Origin: Candidatus Bathyarchaeota archaeon | GTDB lineage: Archaea; Thermoproteota; Bathyarchaeia; Bathyarchaeales; Bathycorpusculaceae | Reading direction: 5' to 3' | Assembly: GCA_963815095.1 (NCBI GenBank) | Contig: CAWFFH010000003.1 | Coordinates: 864,001 to 928,000 of the forward strand | Length of the DNA stretch: 64,000 nucleotides | Shown here: piece by piece, positions 9,723-18,425 of the stretch | Layout: each line of letters opens with the position of its first letter | Position numbering within the stretch: the stretch's first letter is position 1 | Made by a program: the position numbers and the translations under genes | The notes under the pieces: model-generated | The model's input: only the letters and a program-made list of their open reading frames with translations | The model's database searches: none | What the model was told of the DNA's origin: nothing

Positions 9723-10888
9723 CGATCCAAGATTGGAAATTCCTTTGTTAAACGCTTTTCTCCTAATATGTTACCTATTACAAGATTAAGGCTTTGTCCC
9801 TCACTTGCAAGGTCGACAACTTCATCATTCTTGAGAGCATCTTTGAGAAGATATTCGAACTGGCCTTGCCTATCGGAAGTATCTCCAAATCTTGCAGATT
9901 TTTCGCGTTCTATCTGCTCATAAGCGTACATAAATTCGTATAATGATCTGTATATCTGGTCGTCTATCTTTTCCGAGATTTTCTTTTCCTCAACAGTTAT
10001 CCATTCTAAGCCCTCAAGGTCAACGAAGAAAATTGTGCCGTCAGGAGCTAGAACTGCGTCCTTATCTAGCCAAACATCATAAAAGTCCAATCCACTGAAA
10101 GTTCCATCCCTGTTAGCTTTTAATGTCCTTACAAAGAGAGTAAGATATGCAATTCCGCTCTTAACGAAATTTCTCAGAAACTCTAATGCTTTATCGTTAT
10201 TGTCTAATTGAAACATGTTAAAAATTGATTTTATATTACTGCCGATTGTGCTCCCTGAATGAAAATAAATTCGGACATTGGACGGAACCAATCTTGTTTC
10301 CTGAACCATCCGCCCTCTGAATTTACGGTACCAATATATTTTTTTGATTTCAGCTTCTAGATCTTCAGGTAGGAAAACAATTTTCACGAGGGGTGCAATT
10401 CGGAACCCATAAATTGAGGTGAGGTCCGCCATTTCTGAGACTTTCATCGAAGTGGTTGCATGCTCAAGTCCCTGTCCCCCATAAGAGGAACCTCTTAACC
10501 ATAATTCCCCTGTTAAGTATCGGGGAGCTGTTTCTGCTGAATTTACAATTTTTTCTTTTAATTTGGAATCTTTTAGTAGACTACATATTTCATTTTTCCC
10601 CAAAAGCTGATGAGAAAAAGGATTGGTTGTTGAACCAATTCCTTTAACTGAAAGATAAAAGTCAGTGCCATCCATCTTTAAAGAAGGCAAAGGGCAAACT
10701 GCTCCTCTATTATCATCCGCAACAAACTCTTTAGTAGCTTGAGGGTTGAAATCTGTGAAAGGAGTCATACTTTCAGGAAGGTGAATTTTTTCGAATTCAT
10801 CCATTTTGAGTTCCTTAAAATGCCTGTTTGTTAGCATTTCAGAAACTTCATAAGTATTCAGATTGATGGGTGAGCCTTTCAACTTCAT
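9719..10888 (-). CDS. Divergent SelO/YdiU-like protein-kinase-fold enzyme
   Basis: DDNRG..DGT...LSVKGIGS..PFS, RLVPSNVRI and LDKD....DGT...DLEG line up in order with SelO GDGRG..DGT...LKGAG.TPYS, RVAPSHLRF and NTDN...G.T.DYG; ATG at 10888 preferred over upstream GTG at 10924. Confidence 0.6.
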   Translation of the reverse strand: MKLKGSPINLNTYEVSEMLTNRHFKELKMDEFEKIHLPESMTPFTDFNPQATKEFVADDNRGAVCPLPSLKMDGTDFYLSVKGIGSTTNPFSHQLLGKNEICSLLKDSKLKEKIVNSAETAPRYLTGELWLRGSSYGGQGLEHATTSMKVSEMADLTSIYGFRIAPLVKIVFLPEDLEAEIKKIYWYRKFRGRMVQETRLVPSNVRIYFHSGSTIGSNIKSIFNMFQLDNNDKALEFLRNFVKSGIAYLTLFVRTLKANRDGTFSGLDFYDVWLDKDAVLAPDGTIFFVDLEGLEWITVEEKKISEKIDDQIYRSLYEFMYAYEQIEREKSARFGDTSDRQGQFEYLLKDALKNDEVVDLASEGQSLNLVIGNILGEKRLTKEFPILDR

Positions 10889-11133
10889 TGGACGTTCGTT
10901 TTTTGTATGTGGATGGTTTAACACTTAAGCTTTTTGCGCAACGTACCAATCAGTGTAAGCCACCAGTCGTCTATCTTGATTGGGTTTTTGGCTTTACAAA
11001 GTCGTAAAGATATTGACCTGACTAATAGAATTATCGCTTACCACGCTTGTTTGATTCTTCTCTGACACCCAACAAGTGATCGGGCATAAGCATATAAACT
11101 GATTAAATAGTATGTGGATGAAACGGAGTAGAA

Positions 11134-11541
11134 TTGAAATTGGAATTATCACTAGAAGATGCAAAAAAGATTATACAGGATGCTGAAGCAAAGGCAAAAG
11201 AGATTGGCGTGAAAATGAACATTGCAGTAGCAGATGTTGGCGGGAACCTAGTTGCTTTTGAAAGAATGGATAATGCATGGATGGGCAGCATAAACATCGC
11301 CCAAAGCAAAGCTTTCACAGCAGTCGCCTTCAACATGACGACTGAAGATTTAGGCAAAGAATCTCAAGCTGGCAAATCGCTTTTCGGCATACACACAACA
11401 AATAATGGAAAAATAGTGATTTTTGGTGGCGGCATTCCTCTAACAAGAAAAGGAGTATTGGTCGGCGCAATCGGCGTAAGTGGAGGAGCTGTATCTCAAG
11501 ATATAGAAGTTGCAAAAGCCGGCGCAAAAAACTTCAAGTAA
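11134..11541 (+). CDS. GlcG/HbpS (PduO C-terminal-like) heme-binding protein
   Basis: IAVAD.GG.L.AF.RMD.A...SI.IA..KA.TA, GGG.P, GAIGVSGG...QD..VA. Confidence 0.9.
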   Translation: MKLELSLEDAKKIIQDAEAKAKEIGVKMNIAVADVGGNLVAFERMDNAWMGSINIAQSKAFTAVAFNMTTEDLGKESQAGKSLFGIHTTNNGKIVIFGGGIPLTRKGVLVGAIGVSGGAVSQDIEVAKAGAKNFK

Positions 11542-11575
11542 GAGGATTCCCAAAAACTTCTTTTTTTAATTAAGG

Positions 11576-12346
11576 ATGATCTACCTTTTGACAGAACCCA
11601 GCTTGACAAGAAAATGCGTTGCAGAGTTTATTGGAACATTCATTCTTGTTTATGTTGGAGCAGGAGCAGCTGCAATAACTATTCTACTCGCAAACGGAGA
11701 ATCATCTAAATCCATTTTCTTATCAAACGGCATAGGCGCTCTGGGAGGTTTAGCCGATTGGCTCTCCATCGGATTGGCTTTTGCCTTTGCAATCGCTGGA
11801 GCATTCTACATTTTTGGCCACATATCAGGTTGCCACATTAACCCAGCCGTAACCCTTGCGTTGTGGTCGGTGAAAAGGATGCCTGGAAGAGATGTTGCTC
11901 CCTACATTGTTTCCCAGTTAGCAGGCGCCACTATTGCAAGTATCTCCTTTGTTAGTATAGTTGGTGCTCGTGCAGCAACGATTGGAGGCAGTGGTGCAAC
12001 TGCGCTATTCCCAGGTATAAGCTATTTACAGGGGCTTTTTAATGAAATTGTGATTTCGTTTATTCTTATGCTTATTATCATGGCGTTAGCGGTTTATGAA
12101 CGAGGATCTAAACTTTTTTCCGGCTTAATCATTGGCTTAGTGGTAGCTGCGGGAATAACAACCACGGGCAATATTTCAGGTGCCTCTTTTAATCCTGCAA
12201 GAACTTTTGGGCCCTATGTTGCAAATTCCTTGTTTGGTGGACCAAACTTTTGGATTCAGTTTCCAATTTATGTTATTGGTCCGATATTTGGAGCATTGCT
12301 TGCAGCTTTTGTTTACACTTTCTTGACTGAAGTAAAGACAGATTAA
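11576..12346 (+). CDS. MIP-family aquaporin/glyceroporin (AqpM-like)
   Basis: AEFIGTFIL, SGCHINPAVT and GASFNPARTFGP NPA motifs. Confidence 0.95.
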   Translation: MIYLLTEPSLTRKCVAEFIGTFILVYVGAGAAAITILLANGESSKSIFLSNGIGALGGLADWLSIGLAFAFAIAGAFYIFGHISGCHINPAVTLALWSVKRMPGRDVAPYIVSQLAGATIASISFVSIVGARAATIGGSGATALFPGISYLQGLFNEIVISFILMLIIMALAVYERGSKLFSGLIIGLVVAAGITTTGNISGASFNPARTFGPYVANSLFGGPNFWIQFPIYVIGPIFGALLAAFVYTFLTEVKTD

Positions 12347-12386
12347 ATATCAATTTGTTTTACCATTTCTAGTTGAGCGTCACTGC

Positions 12387-13250
12387 TTAAATTCGCATAG
12401 CCTTCTTATTTATTGCTAAGATCAAATTTATGGCACCTGAAGAGCGAAAAATTGGGTATCGGAAGTCAGCGTATTTTTGCAGTTTAGTATGAATTTTAAA
12501 TGAATTCGCCTCAGAGAAAATAGGATGGTTGAAAAGCGTAATCGGTAAGAAACCAACTGTTCTACTTTGAACAGAGACAAGGCTGGTTTTAAGAAGATAT
12601 CGTTTGAACTGCTTTGCCGAATAAAAATTGGGACCTACTGACACAGATGTAATTGGACTTAACCATCCAAACTTTCGAAGTTGATCATTAACCACCCATC
12701 GAAGCAGTTGAGCTACATCTAATCTTGAACCCCATCGGGTATCAACACTTAAAATCGCATACCCCCCAGGCTTCAAAACTCTTGTAATCTCAGTCATAAC
12801 TTTTCTCAAATCATGAAGCCAATGAACAACACCCAAAGCAACAACTAATTCAAAGGTGTTATCTTCAAAGGTAAATTTATGTGCATCTTCAATACTACAA
12901 TGAACTAGTTTTTCCATACCGGCCAACTTGGCTACCTGTCGAGTTTGCTCAACCATCGCTGCAGCATGATCTACCGCATCCACATTAAACCCCTTTCGAG
13001 CTAGTGCAACTGACATTACTCCGCCGCCACAACCAACATCGAGAACCCGCGCACCTTTTTCTAAAGGCAACGCATCAACATAAGTAAGCCCGGCAATCTG
13101 CCTCTGTCTCAAAATATGCGTGAGCAAAGTATTCTTCCCGTAAATATCACTCCAAAATTCCGACTCAGCATTAAAGCGATCATCTATTCTGTCCTGAATA
13201 TCAAAATGACCAAATTCAGACGAAGACTTACCGACAACCATGCCTGTCAA
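12387..13250 (-). CDS. Class I SAM-dependent methyltransferase
   Basis: VLDVGCGGG motif I, FEDNTFELV, RVLKPGG. Confidence 0.9.
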   Translation of the reverse strand: MTGMVVGKSSSEFGHFDIQDRIDDRFNAESEFWSDIYGKNTLLTHILRQRQIAGLTYVDALPLEKGARVLDVGCGGGVMSVALARKGFNVDAVDHAAAMVEQTRQVAKLAGMEKLVHCSIEDAHKFTFEDNTFELVVALGVVHWLHDLRKVMTEITRVLKPGGYAILSVDTRWGSRLDVAQLLRWVVNDQLRKFGWLSPITSVSVGPNFYSAKQFKRYLLKTSLVSVQSRTVGFLPITLFNHPIFSEANSFKIHTKLQKYADFRYPIFRSSGAINLILAINKKAMRI

Positions 13251-13252
13251 AC

Positions 13253-14380
13253 CTACTCGCTAAACACCAACGAACAAATAGACTTAACGATCCGATCTGT
13301 AGCATGTGGAGCTTCATCAACGTATTCGCTAATCAGTTCTTGTCTACTGGTATTTTCACCACAAAAGCTGTCCTTTGCTTGACCTACTGCCCAAATTACT
13401 TGTTCCGGAGAGGAAATGGTAACACAGGCTTCTCTAAGAAGCGTTAATTTATTGAGGTTACTGACAACCTCGTCGTTGTGTTTTTTCAGATCAAGAAAAA
13501 CTGCGGGTTTGTTGAGAGTAAGGTATTCAAGAATAAGTGAGCCATAATCCGCAATTAAAACGTCCGCCAAGTGCAGATATGGATAGATGTCATTATCATG
13601 CACAATCTGAAAGTTTTGCTTGTCAGCAAACTTTTCGAATTGGTTATAGTTTTGTGCTTGCGAAGAGTGCAAACCAAAATTAGAATTATCATGCATTTTT
13701 AACAGGACATTTGCTTCTAAAGAAAGTAACCGCTCAACTATTTTTGTTCCAAACGTTTCAAGGCAACCATGACTCCCCCAAGTGGGAGCAAACAGAATCA
13801 CAGGCAAATCATTATCGATGTTTAACCTCTCCTTCAACGAACTGTCGTTATATTGCCCGCTGGTTAGCTCTTCCAAGCGAGGAAATCCACCGTACTCAAA
13901 GTTTTCCCTAAATTCATCATCAAACAATTCGTTAAGCCGATCAAGCTGCTTTTTTGAAGAGAAAAATATTCTATCATATGATTTTATGATATCACGTAAC
14001 CGTTCCTTATCGTCCTCAAATAGATATTTTTTCTCGCTTATACCATGAGAAATCAAAACCATCTTTGGCTTTCTTAAAAGGGGAAACTTAATCGGCAGAA
14101 ATCTAAAGACCATGTTGCTCATTAACCGAGGCTCGAAAACATCAGCAGAAATATACAAATCCCACTTCATTAAGAATGCATTTCTTTTCTCAACAAATTG
14201 CACACTGGGAATCCCGAATTGTTCATAAAAATTATAGTCATTAATTGAGTTCATGAAATAAATATCAAAAATTCCACATTGTTTTAGACGATTATAGATT
14301 GGCTTAAAGACCATAAATTGTATAGGGGTTATTCCGTTGAAGAGTACGCGTTTTCTGGGATGTGTTAGGTTGGGTAGCAT
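13253..14380 (-). CDS. CDP-glycerol:poly(glycerophosphate) glycerophosphotransferase family protein (TagB/TagF-like)
   Basis: HG..K, GFPR.E, ILFAPTW, K.H, ADVLIADYGS...EY. Confidence 0.8.
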   Translation of the reverse strand: MLPNLTHPRKRVLFNGITPIQFMVFKPIYNRLKQCGIFDIYFMNSINDYNFYEQFGIPSVQFVEKRNAFLMKWDLYISADVFEPRLMSNMVFRFLPIKFPLLRKPKMVLISHGISEKKYLFEDDKERLRDIIKSYDRIFFSSKKQLDRLNELFDDEFRENFEYGGFPRLEELTSGQYNDSSLKERLNIDNDLPVILFAPTWGSHGCLETFGTKIVERLLSLEANVLLKMHDNSNFGLHSSQAQNYNQFEKFADKQNFQIVHDNDIYPYLHLADVLIADYGSLILEYLTLNKPAVFLDLKKHNDEVVSNLNKLTLLREACVTISSPEQVIWAVGQAKDSFCGENTSRQELISEYVDEAPHATDRIVKSICSLVFSE

Positions 14381-15220
14381 TTTTGTAGACGCTTCGAATC
14401 AACAATTAAATATGTACTGTAGTCTATTGGGTGAAAAACAGATCAAATTCAATATTCGTAATTTCTCGTTTAGCCAACCGGTAAACTGCAAGTTAGGTAC
14501 CCATATGACCCATAACTTAGCTGTCTTAATTTAACACTTTCCATTTATAATTTATTCTGAATCATATATTTTACCTCGAAAATTTTTAGAATCAATCATT
14601 TTGAATTCTTTGCTTCAAAATACTTTTCAACTTCATTTTGCCAAATTCTCGCAAAACTTTGGAGCTTCTAAACCCTTCATTTTCGATAAGCCAAGAGAGA
14701 TTTTTCACTCTATTACGCAAAACATAAAATCAAGATAATAGAAGCTTGACAGGTGTTCAAATTAACAGTTAATTAAAATTCCTTGACTCTCTGATTAACC
14801 TCAACTTGATAGCGTTTTGGATGAACATTTCACTTAATTGTATAAGTCAACAAGATTCTGTTTGGAACGAACATTTCAAACGTTTCAGGGTTGGGTTTTT
14901 CCGTTTGGTTTTTTCTTTGACGCTGAAATTCTTCCAAATCTTGGGCTTGGTAATTTGGTAAAGTGCACATGATTGTCCATTTTGAAGGTTCAGCTAATTA
15001 GGTTTTATGAATTAGTAGTTCACTCCAAAAGAAAAAATATTTAATGCGAATGAATCTCTTGGGCAAAGAATCATCCTTTTGCAGCTTCAACATCGCCAAG
15101 AAACTTTTTGCAAAGCTTTTCACTGATTCGTTTTGTTAAAGGAGAAATTCGAGTAGATGACCATTTTAAGAAACAAAATTCTAATATTAACCAATGCAAT
15201 CTCTTAATCAAACACCCTGT

Positions 15221-15298
15221 GGGCCGATCGTCTAGCCTGGTTAGGACGTTGGCTTTACACGCCAAAGGTCGCTGGTTCAACTCCGGCTCGGCCCACCA
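15221..15298 (+). tRNA. tRNA-Val(TAC), intron-less, CCA encoded
   Basis: Cloverleaf: GGGCCGA/TCGGCCC acceptor, TTGGC-TTTACAC-GCCAA anticodon arm, GCTGG-TTCAACT-CCGGC T arm, ACCA end. Confidence 0.96.
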
Positions 15299-15460
15299 CA
15301 ACTCCGCTCCTAATATGGTAAGTTCAACCCATTTTGTTTCCAACTGTAGTTCGACCGGAAGTTTAAGTGACAGTGAACTTGCAATCCGTTTTCTAGGGAA
15401 CAAACGTCTGTTGCAATTGAGAATAGTGGTTTTAGGTCAAAAACACCAAAAGATTTACTG

Positions 15461-15484
15461 CGAAATGTTTTTATGTGCATCTCG
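15461..15484. promoter_or_regulatory. ModE-like operator, copy 1
   Basis: CGAAATGT-N8-GCATCTCG; 13/16 arm positions identical to the site at 18428-18451. Confidence 0.5.
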
Positions 15485-15518
15485 GCAATTTCCAGATCAA
15501 AAAGGAGAAAAACTATCA

Positions 15519-16355
15519 ATGTCAACCAAACACTCGAACAAGCCCTATCAGGGATCTTTTGTCGTTCTACTTATAATTATGTTAACCGTCACAATTATCC
15601 TGGGTGCTTCACCTCAAGTAAAAGCGCAGACAGAACCAACTGTTCTGGTAACTGGATACAATGGAACAAGCATAAACTACACATTAACTCAGTTAGAAGC
15701 GATGCCCAGCATCACCATGTACGGTGGCTTCTATCAACCTAATCAACATGTAATTAACAGTGGTTTATGGGTTGGTGTATCGCTGCTTTATCTTTGTAAC
15801 CAAGTAGGCGGCATTACCTCAACCTGCAATGTGACAGTTACAGGTCAAGGCACCAACAATTTCACTTACGAAATGGTGAATAGCGGCACCAACTTCAACG
15901 CACAATACATAACCTACAATGACATCACAGGAGTAGAGCAAAATCAAGTCCAGCCAGTCACCCTCATATTGGCATACCAAGTTAACGGCACTAACCTCCC
16001 CAGTAGCTCACTACCAGCCCCAAGATTAGTAATAGTTGGTTCTGAAGGCTTACTGATGGATGGATCAGGAGGAAGAAGCATAACGCAAGTAAACATAACC
16101 AATACTGCCCCCACACCAACACCCACCCCCGCTCCAACACCAATTCCTACTCCCACCCCCACTGCAACTCCAACCTCGACACCAACATCTACTCCAGCAC
16201 CAACTGCATCGCCAACCCCATCAGCATCTCCATCACCTACACCCACAATCCCAGAATTTCCAGCAGCCGCTACCCTCATAATCTTACTAATGGCAACAAC
16301 GACAGCATTGGCAATTTATAAAAGAAAATCAAGTCAACAACTAACTTTAATCTAG
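15519..16355 (+). CDS. Surface protein with a sulfite-oxidase/MsrP-like molybdopterin-binding domain, PT linker and PEF-CTERM sorting signal
   Basis: AGGAG RBS before ATG 15519; signal peptide; V.G....YTL.QLEAMP, W.GV.L, ILAY..NG..LP...PRLV; IPEFP + TM + KRK. Confidence 0.75.
   Translation: MSTKHSNKPYQGSFVVLLIIMLTVTIILGASPQVKAQTEPTVLVTGYNGTSINYTLTQLEAMPSITMYGGFYQPNQHVINSGLWVGVSLLYLCNQVGGITSTCNVTVTGQGTNNFTYEMVNSGTNFNAQYITYNDITGVEQNQVQPVTLILAYQVNGTNLPSSSLPAPRLVIVGSEGLLMDGSGGRSITQVNITNTAPTPTPTPAPTPIPTPTPTATPTSTPTSTPAPTASPTPSASPSPTPTIPEFPAAATLIILLMATTTALAIYKRKSSQQLTLI
16104..16247 (+). repeat. Pro/Thr-rich low-complexity linker repeat
   Basis: Encodes TAPTPTPTPAPTPIPTPTPTATPTSTPTSTPAPTASPTPSASPSPTPT. 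Confidence 0.85.
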
Positions 16356-16363
16356 ATTTAAAA

Positions 16364-16921
16364 TTATATACTATCTTTCTTTTTATTAGCTCGATTTGGA
16401 AAATGTAAATGCTGCGTACGATTAACCACTATTGATGAAATTATGCCCCCCGCCCCTCCAAAAATCAGGCTTGACGTTCCTGCAACTCCTATACCGACTA
16501 AAAGTATGTGGGCATTTTGACCTATCATACTTGTTATGTAAAAGTTCACCATGGTTTTATCAAAACTTCCAAAAGCACCAAGAACGCAACCAACCAAAAT
16601 ATTGCCCAAATGACCTCTAAAAACAACAGCTAAAACATCCATAGTTATTCCCATCGCCGCATACTCAACCACCTCTAGAAATCCCTTATCAGCCATTCCG
16701 AGTACACCTAAAAGCAATCCTGAAAGCAACCCTATGTAAATGCCTGCACCAAACTTCTGTGTTAAACCAATTCCTATTATGAAAGGGATTACCCAAACAA
16801 TCGCAGTATGTGCGGGCAAGCCAATCGGCGTTTTGAAGAAAGCTTTGAAAACGTAAACAAGGGCAGCCATAACCGACAAAAAAGAGACCTCGTAGACCAA
16901 GAAATACTTCTGACGTTTCAT
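16364..16921 (-). CDS. ECF transporter S component (substrate unknown)
   Basis: 185 aa, about 6 TM helices, P.H..I.W and K.GAG...GL.SG motifs typical of S components; no A/T modules nearby. Confidence 0.65.
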   Translation of the reverse strand: MKRQKYFLVYEVSFLSVMAALVYVFKAFFKTPIGLPAHTAIVWVIPFIIGIGLTQKFGAGIYIGLLSGLLLGVLGMADKGFLEVVEYAAMGITMDVLAVVFRGHLGNILVGCVLGAFGSFDKTMVNFYITSMIGQNAHILLVGIGVAGTSSLIFGGAGGIISSIVVNRTQHLHFPNRANKKKDSI

Positions 16922-16930
16922 AGCCTCATC

Positions 16931-17710
16931 TCAACCAGGTACACTCGATTTCAGATCTAATTTGAAATTATGATCTATGGTACCGTTAACGGCAACTAAC
17001 AACACTAAATCATCCTGAACTCTGCCACCCGTAAAATCGACGTAAAAGATGCCACTTGTGTTGCTTGTTGAGGTGACGTTGCCGCTGGGATTTCTTGGGT
17101 TAGTTGTAAAATGGAGAGAATTCAATCCGCCACCATCCTTGCCAAATTTCATAAAATAAGTATTATTTCCAAAATCATTGAATGTAGCTCCTTCTTTGTT
17201 TGAAACCTTCACATATATCTGGTCAACGCCAGGCATCATCTGAGCATTTGCCATAATGCTTGATGACTCAGCAGCTAGCGTAGTTACATAAAAACCGCTC
17301 GCTCCAGTCCCCTCCACGCGATTCGTCCATGAAAATCCCCTACTATCTTTGATGTATCCGTAAACGTGGAAGGCCGCCGTCCCATGTAAACCACTAAACG
17401 AGTAATCCACTCTTACACATGGAAAGGTAGCGTTCAAATTAGATGTCGCATTCAAATCAACAAACATAACGTAAAATTTTCCGTTACTGTTTGCATCAAC
17501 GCCTGGCATAACAGGCAACTTAGAAGCATAAGGCACCCATGTTTGAGGACCATAAAGAAAGCTCCCTTGAGAAAATGTTTGATCCAGATAATAATTTCCT
17601 CCAATAGTGTCCGCCGGCTGGCTTAAGTAAACCCATTGAACAGTAAAAACTATTAAAATCAGCAAACCAAAAACCGCAAAAGCAGCCGCCAGCTTGTACT
17701 TAAACTGCAA
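16931..17710 (-). CDS. Membrane-anchored surface protein with a methanogen-type cell-surface domain
   Basis: N-terminal TM; motifs FLYGPQTW.P, MFVDLNA, SWTNRV.G.G.SG, GGGLNSLH, TGGR..DD..LLVAVNGTI. Confidence 0.65.
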   Translation of the reverse strand: MQFKYKLAAAFAVFGLLILIVFTVQWVYLSQPADTIGGNYYLDQTFSQGSFLYGPQTWVPYASKLPVMPGVDANSNGKFYVMFVDLNATSNLNATFPCVRVDYSFSGLHGTAAFHVYGYIKDSRGFSWTNRVEGTGASGFYVTTLAAESSSIMANAQMMPGVDQIYVKVSNKEGATFNDFGNNTYFMKFGKDGGGLNSLHFTTNPRNPSGNVTSTSNTSGIFYVDFTGGRVQDDLVLLVAVNGTIDHNFKLDLKSSVPG

Positions 17711-17712
17711 TC

Positions 17713-18405
17713 TTAAGCCCTCTTAAGTGCAATCCAATAATCCTCGTGTTGCTCCACAAAAAGCACTGCTTTGCCCTGAATGAAAGAGGGGGTAGCGTTT
17801 TTTGGAATCTGCACTTTGCCTTCAATAACTGTCTTTCCTCGAAGTGTTACTACTTCGTCTATGCCTGCGTTAATGATCTCTGAAATTAATCGAACTCCTG
17901 AGAGTTCTCTATTTTTGCCTTTCAGAAGGAACCTGCCATCATTCTTCAAAGAAGCTAAACCGATACCTGCGATTGCGCCTATTATGCCACCTTCAGTTCC
18001 GCCTAAACCCTCAAAACGGATTTTGCCATTTTTTGCTACTTCTATAGCCCTCTTTTGCGTAACAACGATTGCCTTAGCATCTAAACCAAATGCCACTAAT
18101 CCAGGCGTTATCAGGTTACTCTCGGTTATAGCTAATCCTGGATCGCTTCCTTCAATAAAATCTTCCAGCATCAGCTTTTTTGTGGTGCAAAATATTTCTT
18201 CAATGGCTGATTGTGATGATTCTATATGGACTACAGCACAGCTGTTATGTGACGTAAAAGGTATTTCTGGGTGTACCAGAAGTTGGTGGCGTGTGACACC
18301 GAATATTTGGTATTTCTTTGAGAGTTCGGCGGCGATATTTCTGGCAAGCCTGCCGGTGCCTCTAGAACCCAAAATGTCAGTGTCGTCTATTCCTACATAA
18401 ATCAT
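17713..18405 (-). CDS. TiaS N-terminal-domain-like protein lacking the OB fold and Zn ribbon
   Basis: IYVGIDDTD...GTG, RHQL...IP.TSHNS, SDPG, G.G.IGA.A..G; only 230 aa. Confidence 0.7.
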   Translation of the reverse strand: MIYVGIDDTDILGSRGTGRLARNIAAELSKKYQIFGVTRHQLLVHPEIPFTSHNSCAVVHIESSQSAIEEIFCTTKKLMLEDFIEGSDPGLAITESNLITPGLVAFGLDAKAIVVTQKRAIEVAKNGKIRFEGLGGTEGGIIGAIAGIGLASLKNDGRFLLKGKNRELSGVRLISEIINAGIDEVVTLRGKTVIEGKVQIPKNATPSFIQGKAVLFVEQHEDYWIALKRA

Positions 18406-18425
18406 TTATGTGCCTCAAGTTAAAT

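Noticed and set aside
14400-15200. Long AT-rich gap with short ORF fragments, possibly a decayed gene or an integrated element at tRNA-Val
   Set aside because: No recognisable protein motif, integrase or duplicated tRNA-Val 3' end found in the window
15108-15518. N-terminal extension of the 415-aa ORF and antisense ORF 15071-15403
   Set aside because: Both run through tRNA-Val; the real start is ATG 15519 with an AGGAG RBS and signal peptide
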